From: Lachnospiraceae bacterium
Lineage (GTDB): Bacteria; Bacillota; Clostridia; Lachnospirales; Lachnospiraceae
Direction: 5' to 3'
Length of the DNA stretch: 64,000 bases
Assembly: GCA_017412055.1 (NCBI GenBank)
Contig: JAFQOW010000015.1
Location: 77,602-141,601 of the forward strand
Position 1 is the stretch's first letter; each line of letters begins with the position of its first letter. Position numbers and translations under genes: made by a program. Below the pieces are notes generated by a model. It did no database searches. It was not told where the DNA came from and saw only the letters and a list, made by a program, of their open reading frames with translations. Below are positions 23,416 through 33,599 of the stretch, in pieces.

Positions 23416-23931
23416 ATGAATGATGTATATTGCGAACATATAGTTAAGCGTAAAACAGGCAAATGGGCACTTACTTGTAGATATATGATAGTTGGTGCAA
23501 CTATTCTGGTGACCTACTATGGTATGTTCTTATTGGCGTTTTATGGTTTATTCTTAGGATTATTACTTGCATTTTTATGTGTGTATGTATTTAAGAATAC
23601 AAATATAGAGTACGAATACCAGTTTATAAGTGGTGATTTGGACATTGATGTAATATTCTCAAAGAAGAAAAGAAAGAGAGCTAGAAGATTTAATATCAGA
23701 AATGTAGAGGTGTTTGCACCTGCTGATAGTGATGTGTTTAAACAGTATGAGCATTTCAAAGAAAATAAGGCATATAAGGTTGTAGATTATTCTTCTGGTT
23801 ATCCGGATAGAGAAAAATATGCGTTTGTGGTTTCCATGGGAGAAAATGGAATGGCAAAGGTTATATTTGAGCCAAATAAGAAGATGGTAGATGCTATTAG
23901 GAATTATATTCCAAGCAAAATGCATGCATAA
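23416..23931 (+). CDS. hypothetical membrane protein (2 N-terminal TM helices)
   Basis: Tracked ORF. AGGAGA SD. No recognisable domain. Confidence 0.5.
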   Translation: MNDVYCEHIVKRKTGKWALTCRYMIVGATILVTYYGMFLLAFYGLFLGLLLAFLCVYVFKNTNIEYEYQFISGDLDIDVIFSKKKRKRARRFNIRNVEVFAPADSDVFKQYEHFKENKAYKVVDYSSGYPDREKYAFVVSMGENGMAKVIFEPNKKMVDAIRNYIPSKMHA

Positions 23932-23943
23932 TTAAAAAAAGTG

Positions 23944-23972
23944 TTTGACATTTTGTCGTAAAAAGTTTATAC
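23944..23972 (+). promoter_or_regulatory. sigmaA promoter of guaB (TTGACA-N17-TATACT)
   Basis: TTGACAttttgtcgtaaaaagttTATACT. Confidence 0.6.
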
Positions 23973-23986
23973 TTTAACGAAATTGA

Positions 23987-25504
<1,518 letters not shown>

Positions 25505-25659
25505 ATATTAGTGAATTTAAATAAGGCTGTTAAGTCCAATTGGATTTGACAGCCTTTAACTTTGTTAATTGCGTATTAAAATAGTTGGTTGAGATTTTTT
25601 TAGTAAAGTGATATACTTTATTGCATATTTGGAAAATAATGAAAATGGAGGATAAGATA

Positions 25660-26892
25660 ATGGTTAAAGTTGATATAATCTCAGGATTTTTAGGTGCAGG
25701 AAAGACAACACTTATTAAGCATCTTCTTGCACATGTATATGCAGGTGAAAATGTAGTTTTAATAGAAAATGAATTTGGTGAAATAGGTATTGATGGTGGC
25801 TTCTTAAAGGAGGCTGGTATCGAAATAAGAGAGATGAATTCTGGATGTATCTGTTGCTCTTTAGTAGGTGATTTTGCTACATCTTTAAAAGAGGTTGTAT
25901 CACGCTATAATCCAGACAGAATACTTATCGAGCCATCAGGTGTAGGTAAGCTTTCTGATGTGGTTAAAGCAGTTGAGAATGTAAAAGATGAATTAGAGCT
26001 TGATATCTGTTATAAGGTAGCTGTTATAGATGTGACAAAGTGTAAGATGTATCTTAAGAATTTTGGAGAGTTCTATAAGAATCAGATAGAGAGTGCAAGC
26101 ACAGTTATTTTCTCAAGAACAGATATCGCTAAGGCAGAGAAAGTGGAGGAAGCACTTGAACTTGTAAAGTCTCTTAATAAGGAGGCAGCAGTTATCACAA
26201 CTCCTGTACAGGAATTAGATGACGAGATACTTATCAATGCATTGAAGAATGAAGGTGCAGCTAAGGACCTTATTCATGAAGAAGAGTGCTGCTGTGGTCA
26301 TCACCATGAGCATGGACATCATCATCACCATCATCACGAGGATGGAGAAGAATGTTGCTGTGGCCATCACCATGATGAAGAACATGAGCACCATCATCAC
26401 CATCATCATCACGAGGATGGAGAGGAATGTTGCTGTGGCCATCACCATGATGAAGAACATGAGCACCATCATCATAACCATCATCACGAGGATGGAGAGG
26501 AATGTTGCTGTGGCCATCACCATGATGAAGAACATGAGCACCATCATCACCACCATCATCATGAGGATGGAGAAGAATGCTGCTGTGGTCATCACCATGA
26601 GCATGGACATCATCATGCAGATGAGGTATTTACAAGCTGGGGTATGGAAACTTCTAAGGCATACTCAAAGAATAAGCTTGAAGAAATATTTACAAGATTT
26701 GATAATGAGACAAAGGGAACAATACTTCGTTCAAAGGGTATATTAAAGTCAGAGGAAGGCGATAACTGGTTATACTTTGACTATGTTCCAGGTCAGTTTG
26801 AGATAAGAGAAGGCAACAAGGATTATATCGGTAAGGTGTGTGTAATAGCAGCTGGATATACAGAGGAAGAATTAAAGGAATTTTTTGTATAA
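25660..26892 (+). CDS. COG0523 (CobW/YciC/ZigA-type) metallochaperone GTPase with an internal His/Cys-rich tandem repeat
   Basis: Walker A GFLGAGKTT, metal-binding CxCC (GCICCS), then about 4.5 copies of a 25-aa unit EDGEECCCGHHHDEEHEHHHHHHHH, then a CobW C-terminal-like domain. GGAGG SD before the ATG at 25660. Confidence 0.85.
   Translation: MVKVDIISGFLGAGKTTLIKHLLAHVYAGENVVLIENEFGEIGIDGGFLKEAGIEIREMNSGCICCSLVGDFATSLKEVVSRYNPDRILIEPSGVGKLSDVVKAVENVKDELELDICYKVAVIDVTKCKMYLKNFGEFYKNQIESASTVIFSRTDIAKAEKVEEALELVKSLNKEAAVITTPVQELDDEILINALKNEGAAKDLIHEEECCCGHHHEHGHHHHHHHEDGEECCCGHHHDEEHEHHHHHHHHEDGEECCCGHHHDEEHEHHHHNHHHEDGEECCCGHHHDEEHEHHHHHHHHEDGEECCCGHHHEHGHHHADEVFTSWGMETSKAYSKNKLEEIFTRFDNETKGTILRSKGILKSEEGDNWLYFDYVPGQFEIREGNKDYIGKVCVIAAGYTEEELKEFFV
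26281..26625 (+). repeat. tandem 75-nt repeat (about 4.5 copies) encoding the His/Cys-rich segment
   Basis: Near-identical nucleotide units (gaagaatgttgctgtggccatcaccatgatgaagaacatgagcaccatcatcaccatcatcatcacgaggatgga...). They also generate the spurious overlapping ORFs 26215-26616(-) and 26249-26746(+). Confidence 0.9.
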
Positions 26893-26951
26893 AAAGATTT
26901 AATTCTAACATTAGATATTTATGTTAACATAGAAAGGTATCAGGTGTTGAT

Positions 26952-27899
26952 ATGGAACAGAAAATACAGGTATATATGATATATGGCTTTCTTGAAAGTG
27001 GAAAGACACAGTTTATAGACTTTACCACATCTCAGGATTATTTTAAGCAGGATGAACCAACACTTATTCTTCAGTGTGAAGAGGGAATGGAAGAATATGA
27101 TGTAGATAAATTAAAATCGCTAAATACAACATTGGAGACAATAGAAGAATTTGACGATTTCAATCCGGAAAATCTTGCAGCTATAGCAAAGAAGCATAAT
27201 CCAGATAGAATCATTATAGAATATAATGGAATGTGGAGTGCTAAGGATATAGAAGAAAGAATGCCAGCAAACTTCGAGATACGTCAGCAGATTACAATCG
27301 TGGATGGAGTGACATTTGAAACATATGTAACTAATATGCGATCGCTGTTTGCTGAAATGGTTAGAAATTCAGAGCTTGTAATAATGAATCGCTGTAGGGA
27401 CATAGACAAGCTTCAGGGTTATAAGAGAACAATAATGTCTCTTAATCAAGGAGTAGAAGTAGTATTCGAAGATGAAGAGGGTGAAATCGATTTGCCTATC
27501 ACAGACGAAGATTTACCATATGACCTTAAAGCAAATCCAGTGGAAATAGAGCCAGAGGATTACGGCATTTTTTACTTAGATGTATGGGAAAATCCAGATA
27601 GATACGCAGGTAAAATGTTCCATCTCCAGACAATGGTAATGAAGGAGCCAAGCTTGCCAAAGAATTACTTCGTAGCAGGAAGACCAGCCATGACATGCTG
27701 CGCAGACGATATTGTATTTATGGGATTAATCTGTAAATCAAGAGAAGCGAAAAATTTAGAGAACAAGGATACAGTAGATATGCTAGTATCTGTAGTAAAA
27801 GAATATAGAAGTGATTACAATGGAGAAGGGCCAGTACTCTATGCCGACAAATTAGTGGTAACAGCCCCAATGGAAAATCCAGTCGTAAACATGGTATAA
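26952..27899 (+). CDS. COG0523-family paralog (degenerate P-loop GTPase with CobW C-terminal-like domain)
   Basis: GFLESGKTQF P-loop variant. Lacks the CxCC motif. C-terminal PAMTCCADD. AGGTG SD. Confidence 0.65.
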   Translation: MEQKIQVYMIYGFLESGKTQFIDFTTSQDYFKQDEPTLILQCEEGMEEYDVDKLKSLNTTLETIEEFDDFNPENLAAIAKKHNPDRIIIEYNGMWSAKDIEERMPANFEIRQQITIVDGVTFETYVTNMRSLFAEMVRNSELVIMNRCRDIDKLQGYKRTIMSLNQGVEVVFEDEEGEIDLPITDEDLPYDLKANPVEIEPEDYGIFYLDVWENPDRYAGKMFHLQTMVMKEPSLPKNYFVAGRPAMTCCADDIVFMGLICKSREAKNLENKDTVDMLVSVVKEYRSDYNGEGPVLYADKLVVTAPMENPVVNMV

Positions 27900-27916
27900 A
27901 CAATGAGTCAAATAGA

Positions 27917-27964
27917 AAAGCTAGGATAAGCTTGTGCTCGCACAAAAGCTTATCCTAGCTTTTC
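27917..27964 (+). terminator. long hairpin terminator
   Basis: AAAGCTAGGATAAGCTTGTGctcgCACAAAAGCTTATCCTAGCTTTTc, a stem of about 20 bp. Confidence 0.65.
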
Positions 27965-27987
27965 TATTTGACGAATGTCCTCCATGA

Positions 27988-28124
27988 GTAACGAAGAGCG
28001 AAGCTCGAAGTTACGAATGGAGTCAACTGCGAAGCAGTTGGATTACACCATATGGTAGTAACGAAGAGCGAAGCTCGAAGTTACAAATGGAGGCAACTGC
28101 AAAGCAGTTGGTTTATACCATATG
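27988..28124 (+). repeat. two tandem 67-bp direct repeats (about 90% identical), each with an internal hairpin CAACTGCgaaGCAGTTG
   Basis: Copy 1 at 27988-28054 and copy 2 at 28058-28124. A related ~55-bp segment lies at 7543-7600. Confidence 0.8.
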
Positions 28125-28281
28125 CTATGAAAGATAATAAATTGATAAATAATAAAAAGAAGCTGGTCTTAAAATAGTAAAGAAGATTGTATTTCGACAA
28201 ACGTTGTGTTATCATTTATTTTAGATATATTCAGTGAAGATTGTTTTTAGTTGAATAATGTAGATTTTTGGAGGTTTAGTT

Positions 28282-30717
28282 ATGTCAATGGCGTGTAAAA
28301 CATGTGGTGGTACAGTAATTCGTGAAGGTAATTATTATGTATGTGAATATTGCAGTAATAAATGGGAAATTGATAGCGGAAATGATGTACATGCAGTTGA
28401 TCGTGCAAATGCATGGTCTGCTCTTCGTGATGGTGATTTTGAAAAAGCATCTGAACTTTTTGAAAATATTATTATTAAAGAAGAAAATAATTATGAAGCA
28501 TATTGGGGACGTGCGCTTGCATTTGCTGGAATAGTATATGTTACAGATATGAATGAAAATAAAAAGGTTCCTACTTGTAACAATATCACAGAAGAATCGT
28601 TTGCTAATAATAAAGATGTGCAGAAAGCAATTTCGCTTGCGCCTGTAGATATTGCTGAAGGATATAAGCAACAAGTTGGATATATTGAAAAGGTTCGTAT
28701 TGAATGGTTGGAAAAAGCCAGTAAAGAACCTGCATATGATGTATTTATTAGTTTTAAGGATAGTGATCGTGAGAATGGAATTGAACGAACACAAGATAGT
28801 GTAGATGCACAAGATCTTTATAATGCACTTGTTGATGAGGGTTATAAGGTATTCTTTAGTAGAATTAGTCTTCGTGATAAAATTTCCGAGCAGTATGAGC
28901 CTTATATTTATAATGCAATTAAAACTGCCAAAGTTATGATTGTATTTGGTGAAAAACCAGAATATTTTAGTTCTGCGTGGATTAAGAATGAGTGGAATCG
29001 TTATAAGAATAGAATTGAAAAAGGTGAAAAACATAAGAACTCTCTTGTTGTAGTCTATAAGAATATGGATCCGGGAGAGCTTCCTATAGTTCTTAAATCA
29101 CGCCAGTGCTTGAATGCAGGGGATATGACGTTTCTTTCTGATTTGAATCGTCATATTAAACGTGTTGTAGATGAATCGAAAAAGTATGTTCAACTTGAAA
29201 GAATAGAGATTACAGGTGGTCAGATTGCAAAGAAGGCAACTACCCTTAATATAAATTCTTTAGAAACTAGAGAAGTTGGTCAAGGGGCAATTGCAGAAAC
29301 TGATATTACAGAACAAGAGTCAATAAAGTTGAGTTATGTGTATTTATCAACGGGACAATGGAATGAAGCAAATGCACTTCTAGAAGATGTATTATTTAAT
29401 AATCCGACTTGTGCGGAGGCAATATGGTGTAAATTAATGGTAAAACATAAAAATTCTGAGGATTCAGATTTTGTAAAAAAGGTGAATGTATTAAGTAACG
29501 ATGATTTTATAATGATAGAAAAAGTATTAAATTGCGCTTCTAAAGAGTTCGCAGAGAAAATACTTGAGTTATTGTATAAATCTGAGGAGTATGTTACTGA
29601 TGGAGTTTATAAAAAAGTATTAGAAGTAATTTTACCATTTAAAATAAATAAACGTCAAAATAGAATAAAGGAGGCATTCTGTGGAGTTATAAATAATAGC
29701 AAATATGATAGCTTTGATTTATTATTAAATACGTTAGAGTCAGATGATGTTGAACAATACATAAAATATAATTATGACTATGCAATGAAGACCGCATCTG
29801 TAATTGAGAAAAGAGCATGTTTGAATAATATTATAAGGGTTGATGAAGGGAATTTATCGGCATTACGTTTGATTGTTAAAATAGATTTAGAATTTTCTAA
29901 TACTTTAGATGAAATGATAAAAAGTATTGAACATTTACTTAAATATGCTTCAGATACAGATAAGGAAATAGAAGAGTGCATAAATTGGTTAACTAATAAG
30001 ATAAATAGAGTTATACATTGTTTAATTGCTAAAAAAATGTTGTGTTATTATAAAAAAGATATTTCGCAACTTAAGGAACAGCTTATAATCCTAAGTTATA
30101 AGATGATTGAGAAAAAAATGTTTGCTGAAGTAGAATATTTCTTGAATTTAATTCTTTCATTTGATGCTAATAATGCTGAGGTATATTGGGCAATTTGTCT
30201 TATGAAGCTTGAAGCGACAAATGAAGAAAATATTGTAAACAAGAAAAGATTGTTAAAAGATGTAGCTGAATTTAATAGATATTTAGTATTAGTTAGTGAT
30301 GATAGAAAGAAAAAGTGTATATATATATCAAAAGAGCAAATAGAGAAACAAGAAAGAGTAAAACAACAACAATTAAATAAAATAAAAGAAGAAATACAAA
30401 CTAAAAAACAAATAAATATGCAAATGAATATAGAAATGGAAACTATTAAGCATAAAAAGTATGGTAGTAGATTTTTAATGTATCTATATGTTTTTATTAT
30501 TGTAGTAGGGATTGGGTTGAGTTGCTTAGCTTTTTCGGAAACAGAGTGTAAATCTTTTGGTTATCCAGGTTTAGCTATAATAACTATTGGCTCTTGTGGA
30601 ATATGGAGTGAATATAAAAAAACCAAGGAACAAAAAGAAAAGATAAATGAGATTCAAACAAGGATTTTAGAGGTGGAAAGAGAAATTGAGGAATTAAATA
30701 CGAAACTGACTAATTAA
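28282..30717 (+). CDS. zinc-ribbon + TIR-domain protein with a long helical/TPR-like region and a C-terminal transmembrane anchor
   Basis: N-terminus CKTCGG...CEYCSN. TIR-like block YDVFISFKDSD...LVDEGYKVFFSRISLRDK...KTAKVMIVFGEKPEYFSSAWIKNEWNRY at about nt 28735-29092. Repeated EAYWG/EAIWC/EVYWA helical motifs. Hydrophobic FLMYLYVFIIVVGIGLSCLAF near the C-terminus. GGAGG SD. Confidence 0.75.
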   Translation: MSMACKTCGGTVIREGNYYVCEYCSNKWEIDSGNDVHAVDRANAWSALRDGDFEKASELFENIIIKEENNYEAYWGRALAFAGIVYVTDMNENKKVPTCNNITEESFANNKDVQKAISLAPVDIAEGYKQQVGYIEKVRIEWLEKASKEPAYDVFISFKDSDRENGIERTQDSVDAQDLYNALVDEGYKVFFSRISLRDKISEQYEPYIYNAIKTAKVMIVFGEKPEYFSSAWIKNEWNRYKNRIEKGEKHKNSLVVVYKNMDPGELPIVLKSRQCLNAGDMTFLSDLNRHIKRVVDESKKYVQLERIEITGGQIAKKATTLNINSLETREVGQGAIAETDITEQESIKLSYVYLSTGQWNEANALLEDVLFNNPTCAEAIWCKLMVKHKNSEDSDFVKKVNVLSNDDFIMIEKVLNCASKEFAEKILELLYKSEEYVTDGVYKKVLEVILPFKINKRQNRIKEAFCGVINNSKYDSFDLLLNTLESDDVEQYIKYNYDYAMKTASVIEKRACLNNIIRVDEGNLSALRLIVKIDLEFSNTLDEMIKSIEHLLKYASDTDKEIEECINWLTNKINRVIHCLIAKKMLCYYKKDISQLKEQLIILSYKMIEKKMFAEVEYFLNLILSFDANNAEVYWAICLMKLEATNEENIVNKKRLLKDVAEFNRYLVLVSDDRKKKCIYISKEQIEKQERVKQQQLNKIKEEIQTKKQINMQMNIEMETIKHKKYGSRFLMYLYVFIIVVGIGLSCLAFSETECKSFGYPGLAIITIGSCGIWSEYKKTKEQKEKINEIQTRILEVEREIEELNTKLTN

Positions 30718-30731
30718 CTTGTAACGTGGGA

Positions 30732-30762
30732 AAGATGGTTAGCGATAGCCATCTTTTTAGTT
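30732..30762 (+). terminator. rho-independent terminator after the first TIR gene
   Basis: AGATGGttagcgatagCCATCTTTTTAG. Confidence 0.55.
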
Positions 30763-30814
30763 TGAATTGATAAGAAAATAGTTTGATTGTTATAATTGTC
30801 GTAAATTGTTGAAA

Positions 30815-30850
30815 ATACATTGTATATATGTTAGAATACAATTGTATTCT
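30815..30850 (+). promoter_or_regulatory. tandem palindromic operator-like sites (ATACA-N1-2-TGTAT x2) upstream of the RHH gene
   Basis: AATACATTGTAT at 30814-30825. Perfect 18-bp palindrome AGAATACAATTGTATTCT at 30833-30850. Centres about 21 bp apart. Confidence 0.55.
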
Positions 30851-30912
30851 TTGATGCCATGGTAGGCGTATATTATTATGTGAATATTAAGTAATTTGAT
30901 AGGAGTTGTTAT

Positions 30913-31104
30913 ATGGACGAAGAAAAGAAATTAGTCATTTTACCACTAAAATATAGTGGTGAGACAACGGTAATATCTATGCGAATGCCGAAAGATATGT
31001 TGGCAGATATAGATAAAATAGCTGAAAAAACAGGAAGAACGCGTAATGAAATACTGATGTTGAGTATGGAATTTGCTATAGAACACATAACTACGAAAGA
31101 ATAA
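30913..31104 (+). CDS. ribbon-helix-helix (CopG/Arc-type) DNA-binding protein
   Basis: TVISMRMPKDMLADIDKIAEKTGRTRNEILMLSMEFAIEH fits a beta-strand-helix-helix pattern. 63 aa. Confidence 0.65.
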   Translation: MDEEKKLVILPLKYSGETTVISMRMPKDMLADIDKIAEKTGRTRNEILMLSMEFAIEHITTKE

Positions 31105-31118
31105 GGAGGATTTAGGTT

Positions 31119-32882
31119 ATGGCTAAATTTGCGATTGCATGCCCTGTATGTGGAAAATATGCGGAGGCTAAAACAGGTTTTTTTGCGAGAAAGAAAATTG
31201 ATTGTTCATGTGGAAATGTAATTAATGTTAAGCTGGATAAGCTTGCGTCAAGAGAGTGTCCGCATTGTGGTAATCAAGTTGCATATGATCAGAGTCAAGG
31301 TGAACATGCATTGTGTCCAGTGTGTCATCAAGGCATAAATACTATGGCATTGCAGCAGAAGATAGAAGAGTTTTCATGTTCTCAATGTGGAGTAAGATTG
31401 ATAACCTCTAAAAGTGCGGCAACATATACATGTCCAGTATGTGATTGTGTTAATGATATTCAGGAACGTCTTGTGTCTGAAAATATTAAGAAAGATGGTC
31501 TTGCTAGTATTATTAAGTATGAGGGAAATAACGATACGTTTATATGGAAACATCCAATTGAAGATTTTAATTATGGTTCACAGCTTATTGTACATGAGAG
31601 CCAGGAAGCAATATTTTTCAAGGATGGACAGGCATTAGATATATTTGGACCTGGTAGATATACTCTTGAGACGCAGCAATTACCACTTATAGAGAAAGCT
31701 TATAAGTTGCCAACAGATACAGAAGGTACATTTCATTCGGAAGTTTACTTCATTAACAAGACAGTACAAATGGCAGTTAAATGGGGGACAGCTGAGAAAG
31801 TAAGATTCATAGATCCGCTTACAGGTGTTCCATTGGAACTTGGTGTGTCAGGTGAAATGAATATTCAGGTGTGTAATTCAAAGAAATTATTGGTAAAGCT
31901 TGTAGGTACAATGAGTGGATTATCTTGGGATGAAGAAGCAGAAATGACTAAGTCATTGAAATCGTCTTTTAGACCAATGATAGCAAATGCGGTGAAGACT
32001 AATCTACCATCTGTAATTAAAAATGAAGCAATTGATCTTCTTGAAATTGATGAAAAATTAGATATTATTTCAGAATGTCTTAAGGAAAAGGTGCAAGCAG
32101 GATTTGAAGAATATGGTTTGACTGTGCCGCAGTTTTATGTAACTACTGTAGTTCTTCCAGAAGATGATCCTAATTTTAGGAGAATTCGTGAATTACATAC
32201 AATAACACTTCAGACAAGAATGTTACAAGCTGAAGCTACTATAAAGACAGCACAGGCTCAAAGTGAAACTATGTATAGAACTGCTCAGGAGCAGAGCAAG
32301 GCGGCTATTGAAGTAGCACAACGAGAAGCAGAGTTACAGAGGCAGATAACAGAAACAGAAATTGCAAAAAGAGAGGCTGAAAGAAAAATTATTGCTGCAC
32401 AAGCTGAAGCACAAGCACAGAGAATGGCTGGTTTGACTGAAGCTGAAATTATGCAGGCAAAGGGGTATTCTCAAAAGGATGTACTTCAGGCAGATGTGCA
32501 GAAAGCATATGCAGAAGGTATTGGTAATATGGGACCATCTATAAGTGCAGGTGGAGGAAGTAATATAGTTGGAGATATGCTTGGACTTGGGGTTGGAATG
32601 GCAGCAGCAAATGCGGTTGCACCACAGATAGGTAATATGATACAAGGCTTTACTAATCCTATGAATCAGCCACAGATACAGCCACAGATGCAACCACAGA
32701 TGACAGTTGGAGGTTCATGGGATTGTAGTTGTGGACAGAAAGGAATAGTGGGTAATTTCTGTAGTAACTGCGGAGCAAAGAAGCCACAACCTGCGATGCC
32801 TGAAATGTGGAATTGTACATGTGGACAGGTAGGTATAACAGGAAATTTCTGTAGTAATTGTGGTAAGAAGAGAGGTGAATAG
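31119..32882 (+). CDS. SPFH/band-7-like protein (COG4260-like) with three N-terminal and two C-terminal zinc ribbons and a coiled-coil
   Basis: N-terminal CxxC pairs x6. Central block WKHPIEDFNYGSQLIVHESQEAIFFKDGQALDIFGPGRYTL resembles the SPFH fold. E/A/Q-rich coiled coil. C-terminus CSCGQKGIVGNFCSNCG...CTCGQVGITGNFCSNCG. AAGGAGG SD. Confidence 0.55.
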   Translation: MAKFAIACPVCGKYAEAKTGFFARKKIDCSCGNVINVKLDKLASRECPHCGNQVAYDQSQGEHALCPVCHQGINTMALQQKIEEFSCSQCGVRLITSKSAATYTCPVCDCVNDIQERLVSENIKKDGLASIIKYEGNNDTFIWKHPIEDFNYGSQLIVHESQEAIFFKDGQALDIFGPGRYTLETQQLPLIEKAYKLPTDTEGTFHSEVYFINKTVQMAVKWGTAEKVRFIDPLTGVPLELGVSGEMNIQVCNSKKLLVKLVGTMSGLSWDEEAEMTKSLKSSFRPMIANAVKTNLPSVIKNEAIDLLEIDEKLDIISECLKEKVQAGFEEYGLTVPQFYVTTVVLPEDDPNFRRIRELHTITLQTRMLQAEATIKTAQAQSETMYRTAQEQSKAAIEVAQREAELQRQITETEIAKREAERKIIAAQAEAQAQRMAGLTEAEIMQAKGYSQKDVLQADVQKAYAEGIGNMGPSISAGGGSNIVGDMLGLGVGMAAANAVAPQIGNMIQGFTNPMNQPQIQPQMQPQMTVGGSWDCSCGQKGIVGNFCSNCGAKKPQPAMPEMWNCTCGQVGITGNFCSNCGKKRGE

Positions 32883-32885
32883 TCT

Positions 32886-33572
32886 ATGCATAAAAACAAA
32901 GTAAGAGGATGTATAACATTAGCAGTAATAGCAATTGTATTAAGTGTAATAGCGTTTGTTGCACCATTTTTAATGAATGCTACATTTTGGATAGCATATT
33001 TGTTTTCAGTTATAGCTATAGCATTTCAGATATATATATTTAAGATATCTTTTTCAGAAACAGAAGATGTAAAGAGTAAATTTTATGGTTTTCCTATCGC
33101 TCAGATAGGCGTAATATATCTTGTGGCGCAACTTGTAATAAGTATAGTGGAAATGATTCTTGCTACATTGATTCCAAGCTGGGTTGCAGTTGTGATTAAC
33201 ATAATTGTAACAGCGGCAGCGGTTCTTGGTTGCATTGCCGCAGATACTGTGAGAGACGAGATAGTAAAGCAGGATGATAAATTAAAAAAGAATGTCACAA
33301 ATATGAGAAGCATGCAGTTATTGTCGGCATCTATCGCAGGACAATGTACAAGTGAAATAAAATGTGAATTAGAGAAATTAGCAGAAGAGTTCAAGTATAG
33401 TGATATAGTGTCATCAGAGGCAACTGTTGAATTGGAAAATGAGATAAAACAACAATTAGATGAACTTCAAAGTTCAGTAATAGAAGGAGATATTGAATCA
33501 GCGAAGGTTTTGTGCGCTGGAATTCATGCAAAACTTAACGAGCGTAACAGATTGTGCGCACTAAATAAATAG
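32886..33572 (+). CDS. integral membrane protein (about 4 TM) with a C-terminal coiled-coil
   Basis: Hydrophobic helices, then ELEKLAEEFKYS...LQSSVIEGDIESAK. Lies 4 nt after the previous stop. Confidence 0.5.
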   Translation: MHKNKVRGCITLAVIAIVLSVIAFVAPFLMNATFWIAYLFSVIAIAFQIYIFKISFSETEDVKSKFYGFPIAQIGVIYLVAQLVISIVEMILATLIPSWVAVVINIIVTAAAVLGCIAADTVRDEIVKQDDKLKKNVTNMRSMQLLSASIAGQCTSEIKCELEKLAEEFKYSDIVSSEATVELENEIKQQLDELQSSVIEGDIESAKVLCAGIHAKLNERNRLCALNK

Positions 33573-33599
33573 ATATAAGTAGCTTAGGAGGAATATACA

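Noticed and set aside
26215-26746. Overlapping ORFs on both strands across the His-rich repeat of the COG0523 gene
   Set aside because: Artefacts of the 75-nt tandem repeat. The real frame is the one giving the GTPase with the CCCGHHH repeats.
26893-26951. Possible Zur box between the two COG0523 genes (AACATtagatatttATGTT)
   Set aside because: Only 5-bp arms match. It does not resemble the Firmicute Zur consensus closely enough to call.
27988-28124. Possible CRISPR array
   Set aside because: Only two 67-bp repeats directly abutting with a 3-bp gap and no spacers. Not CRISPR-like.
28285-29034. 249-aa minus-strand ORF inside the first TIR gene and other long antisense ORFs in AT-rich genes (e.g. 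40221-40628, 44439-44741, 48501-48908)
   Set aside because: AT-rich sequence yields long stop-free antisense frames. The translations are I/F/N-rich low complexity with no start context.
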